In this document: in pieces, positions 9,521-16,453 of the stretch
Position numbering within the stretch: position 1 is the first letter of the stretch
How the letters are laid out: the number at the start of each line of letters is the position of its first letter
Virus record (IMG/VR): IMGVR_UViG_3300031227_000030
Source: an uncultured virus (IMG/VR IMGVR_UViG_3300031227_000030)
Taxonomy: Duplodnaviria > Heunggongvirae > Uroviricota > Caudoviricetes
Strand: one strand, 5' to 3'
DNA length: 20,000 bases
Program-made: the position numbers and the translations under genes
The notes under the pieces: generated by a model
Databases searched by the model: none
Told to the model about the DNA's origin: nothing
The model's input: the letters and a program-made list of their open reading frames with translations, nothing else

Positions 9521-10723
9521 ATGATGAGATTAGATTCAGGGGAATCTGGGCAGTTAGTTACTCCATTAACTACTCAGACTTTAACTTATTTGCAGGGAGC
9601 TGGGTATGATGAATCTTTGTCTGCTCCAAACTATGAAACAGTCGCAGGATCTCCTGGAGCGCCCCATAATGCTCATGTTGGAAATACTGATAATATTACT
9701 TTGGCAGTAGCAGAATTGGCTTATTATTATACAGACAGAACAGGAGACACTTTTTCTGGTGCTATGACTTTGGGAGCAGGTTCTTCTTTGACTGTTGACA
9801 ATACAATTGTTGTAGATTTTAATATGGCCATAGGAACATCTCCATTTACTGTTATAAGTACTACAGTTGTTACAAATTTGAATGCTAATTTACTTGACGG
9901 AGTATCTGAGTCAGCTTTTTCTTTGATAGATGGTACAAGGCCTTTTAGTGGCATAGTAAGTTATAGCCCTGCGAGAGCAGCAGGAGCTTTTACTGGTGAT
10001 CAGATGCTAGTAAATAAGGCATATGCAGATTCAATTGCAGGTGGTGGAGCAATTGCAGAAATAACAAACTATACAGGCAGCAGCGCTTCTATAACGCCTG
10101 CTGGTGGAGGAACATTTGGCGATGATAGTAGATTTAGTTGGCTTATGTCTAGGAATGGGACAGTTAATGGCCGATGTTATTTTTTGGCTACAGATGGAAA
10201 TTGGATATTATCTATGCGAGTTAGTGGGACTATTCGGATAATGGATGATAATACTGGAGCCGCCACATATACGGTAACAGGAGTAGTTTCGGTTGGTGGA
10301 GGAGAGTATTATCATCAATTATTGGGAGATCCAGATATTAGGGGCTATACGATTCTTCAGACTGCTAGATTTATTCACCAACATTATACCGTTTTAACAG
10401 CAGTAAGAGGGGCGGATTATTGCCCGCCATTAAATAATACTGCGCGTTTTAGAATTTATGCAGACTCCATTGATAGTGAAGCGAATCCTGGGGATTTTCT
10501 TTATTTATATGTTGATGCTCTTACTGCAAATGAGATTGTTATTGCTAGTATATGTGGCATTAATCAATTTCTTGCATCGTTTGATGCCGATAATGGAATA
10601 TATGTCGGGGGAGCTAGTCTTGTTGCACCTAGCAGGTGGCAAATTCCTGTGACTATTAGAGCTGGTGGTGATAGAATGATTTATGATGTAGAAGTTGTAG
10701 TGATACCTGTGAATATTGTCTAA
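9521..10723 (+). CDS. Putative tail fibre / receptor-binding protein
   Basis: Fibre motifs TGDTFSGAMT, VVTNLNANLLDG and LVNKAYADS are followed by a Gly linker and a beta-rich C-domain. Strong SD AGGAGG. Confidence 0.7.
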   Translation: MMRLDSGESGQLVTPLTTQTLTYLQGAGYDESLSAPNYETVAGSPGAPHNAHVGNTDNITLAVAELAYYYTDRTGDTFSGAMTLGAGSSLTVDNTIVVDFNMAIGTSPFTVISTTVVTNLNANLLDGVSESAFSLIDGTRPFSGIVSYSPARAAGAFTGDQMLVNKAYADSIAGGGAIAEITNYTGSSASITPAGGGTFGDDSRFSWLMSRNGTVNGRCYFLATDGNWILSMRVSGTIRIMDDNTGAATYTVTGVVSVGGGEYYHQLLGDPDIRGYTILQTARFIHQHYTVLTAVRGADYCPPLNNTARFRIYADSIDSEANPGDFLYLYVDALTANEIVIASICGINQFLASFDADNGIYVGGASLVAPSRWQIPVTIRAGGDRMIYDVEVVVIPVNIV

Positions 10724-10739
10724 AAGAAAGTGAGGAGTT

Positions 10740-11003
10740 GTGGAATTAGTTTATAAGATACAAATTGAAATTATTGATAAAAACAATAATATTGAAAAAA
10801 TTGAAAAAACAGAAAAAAGACAATTAAAAATAAAAACTAAAAGGCAAAATATTGAAATTATTAAAATATTCCATAAAAATTGTAGTGCTTTTTTTGGTTT
10901 TGCAGAAAAAGGGATTGATGAGTTTCTGAAAAACCCAGAAGAAAAAATAGTCCAAGAATGTTTGCCTTATCTTTTAAAAACTAATAGTGCAAAGATTAGT
11001 TAA
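10740..11003 (+). CDS. Hypothetical Lys-rich protein
   Basis: GTG start with SD GAGGAG. Very A-rich ORF filling the gap between the fibre gene and the holin. Confidence 0.6.
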   Translation: MELVYKIQIEIIDKNNNIEKIEKTEKRQLKIKTKRQNIEIIKIFHKNCSAFFGFAEKGIDEFLKNPEEKIVQECLPYLLKTNSAKIS

Positions 11004-11047
11004 GCTTTTTTTTAGTTTTATTAAAAAAATAACCAAAGGAGGAGAAT

Positions 11048-11248
11048 ATGTTAACAGGATGGAAAACAAAACTTGCGGGTATTGCAGGAATGCTTGGAGC
11101 ATTGGCGGCTTTAATAAATGATATAGCTGCCCCAACATTTTCTTTAACTTCAATTGAGTGTGATATTGCTGCTCTTTTGGCCTCTCTTACCGTTTTTGGG
11201 TTGGCTTCAAAGTTTCAAAGAATAATAGATTTGTTGGGAAAAAAGTAA
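11048..11248 (+). CDS. Putative holin (small two-TM membrane protein)
   Basis: 66 aa with an MLTGWKT start, two hydrophobic segments and a basic C-terminus (GKK). SD AAGGAGG. Lies near the spanins. Confidence 0.6.
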   Translation: MLTGWKTKLAGIAGMLGALAALINDIAAPTFSLTSIECDIAALLASLTVFGLASKFQRIIDLLGKK

Positions 11249-11281
11249 GAGGTTAAAAGATAGGTTAATAGTTTTATTAAT

Positions 11282-11309
11282 TTGTCGTTTATTTCCGCTA
11301 TGCTATAAT
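11282..11309 (+). promoter_or_regulatory. Sigma70-type promoter
   Basis: TTGTCG (11282-11287), 16-bp spacer, then TGcTATAAT with a perfect -10 at 11304-11309, upstream of the 11350 gene. Confidence 0.7.
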
Positions 11310-11349
11310 TGTATTATATATTGTCTTTTAACTAAAAAAGGAGAAAAAT

Positions 11350-12162
11350 ATGGCATATACATATTTGCATTTAACAACAGTCCAAGCAGCATTGATTGAT
11401 AACTATGATCCTTGGGCAAAACAGGTTAAATTATCAGAACTTTTAGATGAAGCTCTCAATAATTCTGCTGGAACATTTGTTGCCTTAAGTGATGTTCCTA
11501 GCACTTATGTTGCTCAAGCAGGATTATCTCCTGTAGTGAATGTTGGAGAAACAGCTTTAGAGTTTGAAGCTAGGACTGTTCCAGTCAGTCCTTCTGTAGT
11601 TGGGAATATTGTTACCTTTTCAGGAATAACTGGTGCTCAAGATGACTCTGGGATAGCAATTGGAGCTATCGCAACAGCTCAAGCTGCCGCAGATGCAGCA
11701 CTGCTTTTATTTAATAGGGTAGCGTTTGCTGTTCACGCAACAGTTGATGTTGTTGCAGATGCAACATATGTCGGATCAGGATTTCCTATAATTATTCCAG
11801 CTCACACTGTTCTTTACGGCTTTCTTATTGAAGGTGCAGCACCTGGTGGAACTGCTGGTGGAGCAAAAACAATTCAGTATTCAGTAGGAACAGTCCAAAA
11901 TGCGGATACTGATCTTACCGATCCTACAGACATTGATATTATGATTGCTACAGGAGCTGTTGTAGCAGCCGCTTCTGTTCATGGTGATCAAGCTGCAGAT
12001 CATGTTGCGGCATTTTTCCCAATGGATATGCATGGTACTTATTTTCCAGTAGATACAACTATATATGTGAATTATATTGGTCAATCAGCTGATGCAACAG
12101 CAAATCCTGGTACAGTAACTTGTGCTATTACCGTTTATGCTTTAGTTGGTCGTTTAGCTTAA
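11350..12162 (+). CDS. Putative virion fibre/capsid decoration-type protein
   Basis: TFVALSDVPSTYVAQAG...VNVGETALEF and GNIVTFSGITG resemble phage fibre motifs. The C-terminal beta-sandwich-like part (IIIPAHTVLYGFLIE...SVGT...TIYVNY) resembles decoration/cement proteins. SD AAGGAG. Confidence 0.5.
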   Translation: MAYTYLHLTTVQAALIDNYDPWAKQVKLSELLDEALNNSAGTFVALSDVPSTYVAQAGLSPVVNVGETALEFEARTVPVSPSVVGNIVTFSGITGAQDDSGIAIGAIATAQAAADAALLLFNRVAFAVHATVDVVADATYVGSGFPIIIPAHTVLYGFLIEGAAPGGTAGGAKTIQYSVGTVQNADTDLTDPTDIDIMIATGAVVAAASVHGDQAADHVAAFFPMDMHGTYFPVDTTIYVNYIGQSADATANPGTVTCAITVYALVGRLA

Positions 12163-12183
12163 TAAAGTTAATGGGAGGATTTT

Positions 12184-12461
12184 ATGGGAGTAGTCAAATT
12201 TATTAAAAAACTATTTAGGCTTGAGGAAAAAAAAAAGACTCGGTCTCTGTACAAATAAAAGCTACTCCCGTCTCCCCAAAAGAAGAAATTAAGAGCTCCC
12301 TTATCCTTAAAAAAGGAGATCGGGTTATTTTAAACCATAATGAGAAATGTGTGGGGAATATCGTAAAAATTAAGGAAGATATGTTTATTATCCAATGGGA
12401 TAGTTATAAAAAAGGAGATATCCATCCTTATCCTTTAGAGAAATTAACAAAAGTAAAATAA
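12184..12461 (+). CDS. Cryptic gene split by a -1 frameshift at an A10 run: 24-aa peptide or 92-aa SH3/KOW-like protein
   Basis: SD GGAGG (12174-12178) and ATG at 12184; the 0 frame stops at TAA 12256-12258. The -1 frame is open from 12225 to TAA 12459-12461 and encodes LKKGDRVILNHNEKCVGNIVKIKEDMFIIQWD. A10 run at 12227-12236. Confidence 0.65.
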
Positions 12462-12497
12462 AGAGTTTATTTTTTGTATTAATCTTAGGTAGTTTAA

Positions 12498-12785
12498 ATG
12501 GCTAATTATATTATTATTATTAAATGCTTGGTTTTATTATTTGTGTTTTGTTTAGGATATTTCTTTTCTTGGAAGATGAACAAAGCTAAGTTAGAGAGAG
12601 AAAAGTTAAAATGCTCTGAAGAGATTAAGGAAAGACTAGAAAAAGTTTTTTTAATGAGGCAAGAGTATGAAAAGAAAAAAAATAGCGTTATTCCTACTAT
12701 TAACCCTAACGATAGTGATAAACTTAACAGCATGCTGTCGGAATCCATGCAGAAGATTGCCAATAGGTCTGATTCTACCCCCTGA
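12498..12785 (+). CDS. i-spanin (Rz-like inner-membrane subunit)
   Basis: One N-terminal TM helix and a charged coiled-coil periplasmic domain. Overlapped out of frame by a lipoprotein gene. Confidence 0.8.
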   Translation: MANYIIIIKCLVLLFVFCLGYFFSWKMNKAKLEREKLKCSEEIKERLEKVFLMRQEYEKKKNSVIPTINPNDSDKLNSMLSESMQKIANRSDSTP

Positions 12786-12918
12786 ACCAATAGAAATACA
12801 TTTCACTCAATGCCAAGAAGGTATGCAATGTCTTCAATCTGAAGAGGCTTTTGATTTAACTGTTTATTTTATGGATGTAGCTGAATATATTGATGAAATT
12901 AGATTTTTATCAAAATGA
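12667..12918 (+). CDS. o-spanin (Rz1-like outer-membrane lipoprotein)
   Basis: Signal peptide MKRKKIALFLLLTLTIVIN with lipobox LTA-C, and a Pro/Cys-containing mature part. Starts inside the i-spanin gene (119-nt overlap). Confidence 0.8.
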   Translation: MKRKKIALFLLLTLTIVINLTACCRNPCRRLPIGLILPPEPIEIHFTQCQEGMQCLQSEEAFDLTVYFMDVAEYIDEIRFLSK

Positions 12919-12923
12919 TAATT

Positions 12924-13238
12924 TTAACGAGTATAATGTCTTCTTATGCAAGGGAACTTAAGATACCCATGTTTAGGATCTAAGTATTGAGTACAACCAG
13001 CTTCTACCAAGTCTCTTCTCATTAGTTGGTTAACGGCTTTTGGGTTTCTTCCATTTACACAAGGTAAGTAATACTTTTGCCTTATACTCTCGCAATAAGA
13101 GTCATCTGGTGGGCTTTCTAATATTTTCATTATTTTTTGATATTCTATTTCTTTATCTTTTTTATAGTTAGAATATCCTATCCAAAAAGAAACTATTAAA
13201 AAAGTTGAGAAAACAAATATTGCAATTTTTTTAATCAT
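12924..13238 (-). CDS. Membrane-anchored hypothetical protein with four Cys
   Basis: Start moved to ATG 13238 (SD GGAGG; MIKKIAIFVFSTFLIVSFWIG is a TM/signal segment). Overlaps the stop of the upstream gene. Confidence 0.7.
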   Translation of the reverse strand: MIKKIAIFVFSTFLIVSFWIGYSNYKKDKEIEYQKIMKILESPPDDSYCESIRQKYYLPCVNGRNPKAVNQLMRRDLVEAGCTQYLDPKHGYLKFPCIRRHYTR

Positions 13239-13644
13239 TTTTCCTCCAATCAAATTTTTCTATAGGAATTTCTACTGTAAAGAGTTTTACAGCGTTTTTT
13301 GTGTCTTTTTTAGCTAATTCTTTATATTCTTCAGCTAATTTTTCATCTAAAAAAACCATAACTTTTGTCATTGGGCTAATTGTCTCCATAGGAGTAAGAC
13401 GATCAAGAACCTCAATTGGGCTAATTGTCTCCATATCCATATATAAGAATTTTAATTTAATTCCAAAAAGTTTTTTTATTTCATTTGTTTTATAGTCTTT
13501 TCTGAAATCTTCTAGGTTAAAGCCTTTTTTCTTAAGTGTTTCAATAATTTTTTCAATTATTGCTTGTTCCTTCTCAAACTTTGAAATTAAATTTATAGGG
13601 TGATAGAGAGAAATCATTATGCTTTTAGGGATTTTTTTATTCAT
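13231..13644 (-). CDS. Hypothetical protein with an internal METISP duplication
   Basis: 137-aa ORF coupled to its neighbours by 8-nt overlaps. Confidence 0.7.
   Translation of the reverse strand: MNKKIPKSIMISLYHPINLISKFEKEQAIIEKIIETLKKKGFNLEDFRKDYKTNEIKKLFGIKLKFLYMDMETISPIEVLDRLTPMETISPMTKVMVFLDEKLAEEYKELAKKDTKNAVKLFTVEIPIEKFDWRKND
13370..13435. repeat. 21-bp direct repeat, two copies, 45-bp period
   Basis: ATTGGGCTAATTGTCTCCATA at 13370-13390 and 13415-13435, in frame within the CDS. Confidence 0.9.
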
Positions 13645-13843
13645 TTACTTTATTCCACTCAGCAGGAAGCTCACGCTTAGCTAGAATTTCTTCTATTTCT
13701 CTTGAAGTTACTACAGTAAACAAATTTCCAAGCCAAAAAACCATTTGAGGCCAAATGTGCCATCCTTCAGTAGTTAGATCATTTAATGTTGTTTCTAATT
13801 TGTCTTTTGTGCAAGTTGTCACTCTCCAAGTTATATTGTCCAT
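13637..13843 (-). CDS. Small hypothetical protein, DUF4177-like
   Basis: Start moved to ATG 13843 (SD AAGGAG). WRVTT...LETTLNDLTTEGWHI matches the L..LN.L...GW pattern of DUF4177-type proteins. Confidence 0.65.
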   Translation of the reverse strand: MDNITWRVTTCTKDKLETTLNDLTTEGWHIWPQMVFWLGNLFTVVTSREIEEILAKRELPAEWNKVNE

Positions 13844-13853
13844 ATTTTCTCCT

Positions 13854-14240
13854 TTATTGTTTAAAGTGTCCAATACACTCCATAGCGTTGAAAGATTTTC
13901 CAGATGCTGAAAGACCCCCACTTTTTCCCACTATTTTTACATCTTGCAAAGTATAAAATTCGTTATTATTATTTTTGTTATAAATGTCTGCCTCATAAGT
14001 TTTGGAGACCATATATTCAGAGAATATAGTTTTCTCTGGGTATCTTACTTTTTCACTAAAATTCACCATAGGATTCCTTATAATAAGATTACAAATATTT
14101 GTTTTAAACATAGTTATTTTTTCTAAAAATCCATAAAAAAATATCTCTTTATCAGAAGAAGAAATTTTAACCCTTCTTCCTATAAATGGGAAAATAGGGA
14201 TATCAAATATTTCTTTTATTTCTCTTAACTTATTATTCAT
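13854..14240 (-). CDS. Hypothetical protein
   Basis: 128-aa ORF within the packed minus-strand operon. Confidence 0.7.
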   Translation of the reverse strand: MNNKLREIKEIFDIPIFPFIGRRVKISSSDKEIFFYGFLEKITMFKTNICNLIIRNPMVNFSEKVRYPEKTIFSEYMVSKTYEADIYNKNNNNEFYTLQDVKIVGKSGGLSASGKSFNAMECIGHFKQ

Positions 14241-14424
14241 GTTCTTCTTTAATTTTAGCTAATTCTTCCGCTACAACAGATAACAATGATTCTATATTTG
14301 AATTAGTAGGTGATAATTATGGTATTCTTTTATAAATATTAGTTAGCATATTGTTTAGGATTTTTTCTTTATAAGAAAACTCTATATTAAATATTTTTTT
14401 TATTTCTTTTAAATCTTTACTCAT
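14233..14424 (-). pseudogene. Small gene interrupted by an in-frame TAA (35 aa, or 63 codons if intact)
   Basis: SD AAGGAG and ATG at 14424, directly after the SNF2 stop. TAA at 14319-14317, after which the same frame stays open for 27 codons to TAA 14235-14233, overlapping the next ATG (ATGAATAA). Confidence 0.55.
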
Positions 14425-16134
14425 TTAAGTACTCCTTTGAATAGTTTTCTCAATAAGCTGTCTTCCAATAGAGGTTTGTGTCTCAATTTCTTCAATTTTT
14501 CCCTCAATAGTCTCATTTATTATCTTTTGTTTACTTTTTAAAAGCTTCCAAATATCTTCTTCAATAGTGTCAGGATATATAAAATAATGAATATTCACTG
14601 TTCCTGTTGTTCCTATTCTATGGCATCTACTTTCTGCCTGATCTAAATCAGTAGGAGTCCAGGGAAGGTCCATGAAGTAAACAATTTGGGCTGCTGTTAA
14701 AGTTATTCCTACTCCTCCAGCTTTGATATTCGCTACAAAAACTTTACACTCAGGATCTGTCTGGAATTTATCTACTAGATTTTGTCTGTCATCTACTTGT
14801 GTCTTTCCTGTCAGTAAAACTGCTCCATTGTCCTTAAACTCTTCAAATATTTCTTGGAGAGGATTATCATATTGAGAAAAAATTACACATTTTTGGCCTT
14901 GATCTATAGTGTCCCTTATTCTTTTCTTTACTGTATTTATTTTAAGATTAGAACAATATTGTTTCAATAGTCCAATTTCTACTAAAGCTTTCGCTAGCTC
15001 TATTCCAGTGATTTTTTTAGGATTAGGGTCTACTTGTCTTATAGCTTCGATATATCTTTTAAATTGTTCTTTGTACTCTTTCATATCAGAGGCAGACATC
15101 TCTAAGTCATTTACTGTAGTTATTTTTTCGGGTAAGTTTAGCGTCTCTTCTTTAATTCTTCTCAACATGAATCCACTCAATTTCTCATGGAGTTCATGGA
15201 GATTTTTAGCTCCATACTTAAAGAAGGTTCTCCCAGTTTTTAATCGGATTTTTACTGGATTACAGTATCTCTCAATAAATTTCCAAGAATTTGCTACTAG
15301 AGGAGATTTTATACATTTAAGAGGATTAATAAGATCTTTAGGGTTATTTGTTAAAGGAGTTCCTGTAAGTCCTAAAACTTGAGGAATTGTCTCAGATATA
15401 GCAATAAGAGCCTTTGATCTAGCAGCAGTACTATTTTTACAATAGTGGATTTCATCTGCTATTAGACTATCCCATTTTCTCATCATAATTAAATGAGAGG
15501 CTTTCTTAATTATGTCATAGTTAATGATCAGAAAATTAATTCCAGTATTTTCTTTCTGAGAGTAAAATTTCTCAGTATCTGTAGGGATAACAAAAGAGTC
15601 AAGTTTTTCAGGAGAAGTTCCACTCAATAATTCTATTTCTTTTTTCCAATTGTTTTTAAGAGTTGCTGGGCAAATTACTAGGACATTTTTAGATCCGTTA
15701 AGAATTGCCCAAGCAATTGCTTGTCTAGTTTTCCCTAAACCCATATCATCACACAATAATGCGTTCTTTTTCTCTAAAATCCATTTAATTCCACTATATT
15801 GGTGGTCAAATAGCCTAAAATCTTTCTTAATAGACTCTAATTTACCAAAACTTTCTTTTGTATGAGTTTCCCTATGAGATTTAACATTACTAATCTTTGA
15901 TAATAAGGTTTTAACTTCAAAATCTGGGAAAAAAGATAATACTTCTTTGAAGTCTTCTGAAAAAGAATTTGCTAAATAGTCTGACCCAATAACACAGTAC
16001 CAAATTTTAAAGCGACTATCATAGCGAAGAATATTTGATTTTTTTCTACAGGCAGTAACATAGTGAGGATGGTATTCTCTTTGGAATACAACCTTAAACA
16101 ATCCCCCTTGATTTTCTTCTAGAAAAAGTGACAT
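14425..16134 (-). CDS. SNF2-family (SMARCAL1/HARP-like) helicase/ATPase
   Basis: Motifs DDMGLGKT, LVICPATLKNNW, DEIH, LTGTP, FMLRR.KE, CVIFSQY, AGGVGITLTAA and QAESRCHRIG. Confidence 0.95.
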   Translation of the reverse strand: MSLFLEENQGGLFKVVFQREYHPHYVTACRKKSNILRYDSRFKIWYCVIGSDYLANSFSEDFKEVLSFFPDFEVKTLLSKISNVKSHRETHTKESFGKLESIKKDFRLFDHQYSGIKWILEKKNALLCDDMGLGKTRQAIAWAILNGSKNVLVICPATLKNNWKKEIELLSGTSPEKLDSFVIPTDTEKFYSQKENTGINFLIINYDIIKKASHLIMMRKWDSLIADEIHYCKNSTAARSKALIAISETIPQVLGLTGTPLTNNPKDLINPLKCIKSPLVANSWKFIERYCNPVKIRLKTGRTFFKYGAKNLHELHEKLSGFMLRRIKEETLNLPEKITTVNDLEMSASDMKEYKEQFKRYIEAIRQVDPNPKKITGIELAKALVEIGLLKQYCSNLKINTVKKRIRDTIDQGQKCVIFSQYDNPLQEIFEEFKDNGAVLLTGKTQVDDRQNLVDKFQTDPECKVFVANIKAGGVGITLTAAQIVYFMDLPWTPTDLDQAESRCHRIGTTGTVNIHYFIYPDTIEEDIWKLLKSKQKIINETIEGKIEEIETQTSIGRQLIEKTIQRST

Positions 16135-16146
16135 AATGTGGGATGG

Positions 16147-16175
16147 ATATTAACAAAAGATAATAAAAAAGTCAA
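16147..16175 (-). promoter_or_regulatory. Sigma70-type promoter for the SNF2 gene
   Basis: TTGACT (16175-16170), 17-bp spacer ending in TGt, TAATAT (16152-16147). Only 12 nt to the ATG and no SD. Confidence 0.7.
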
Positions 16176-16182
16176 GAGAATT

Positions 16183-16452
16183 TTAAGTTTTTTCGAGAGA
16201 AGTTTCATAAGAAAGTGACAAAGAATCATTATATGTTCTTAATTCTCCTAAAAAAAAGTCTACATCATCATCTCCTACAATAATTAGCGTATCTTGGTAT
16301 TTTGCTTCACCATTTGTTGAATAAGTGGCTTTTGAATTTTCAAAAAAAACAATTAATGTCTTAAATTCAGTACCATCTTTAAACCCTGGTTTTAATTCGA
16401 TGTATTTTATTGCATTAAAGTTTATTATGTAGCTATCAATGTGACAAAACAT
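16183..16452 (-). CDS. Hypothetical protein
   Basis: 89 aa with SD AAGGAG. The start F.HIDSYIIN.NAIKYIE resembles small beta-rich phage proteins. Confidence 0.75.
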   Translation of the reverse strand: MFCHIDSYIINFNAIKYIELKPGFKDGTEFKTLIVFFENSKATYSTNGEAKYQDTLIIVGDDDVDFFLGELRTYNDSLSLSYETSLEKT

Positions 16453-16453
16453 T

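Noticed and set aside
10410..10428. GGCGG...CCGCC hairpin in the fibre gene
   Set aside because: A 5-bp stem inside coding sequence with no U tract is expected by chance.
9521..10723. Diversity-generating retroelement or invertible fibre cassette
   Set aside because: No template/variable repeat pair, reverse transcriptase, invertase or inverted crossover sites seen in the window.
12174..12416. CsrB/RsmZ-like sRNA suggested by repeated GGA motifs
   Set aside because: Several of the GGA motifs fall in predicted stems rather than hairpin loops, and the region has good coding potential.
1..12918. Bacterial eCIS/tailocin locus instead of a phage
   Set aside because: The flanking DNA is densely packed phage-like small ORFs, SNF2 and VWA genes with no host genes, which fits a phage better.
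13370..13435. Mini-CRISPR array
   Set aside because: Only two repeats, in frame inside a CDS, with a 24-nt spacer, no leader and no cas genes.
2123..15865. Shadow ORFs 2123-2353(-), 4648-4833(-), 9727-9954(-), 10458-10652(+), 11881-12084(-), 12506-12790(-), 13301-13495(+), 13944-14126(+), 14909-15382(+), 15650-15865(+)
   Set aside because: They overlap better-supported genes almost entirely, mostly antisense, with no recognisable motifs.
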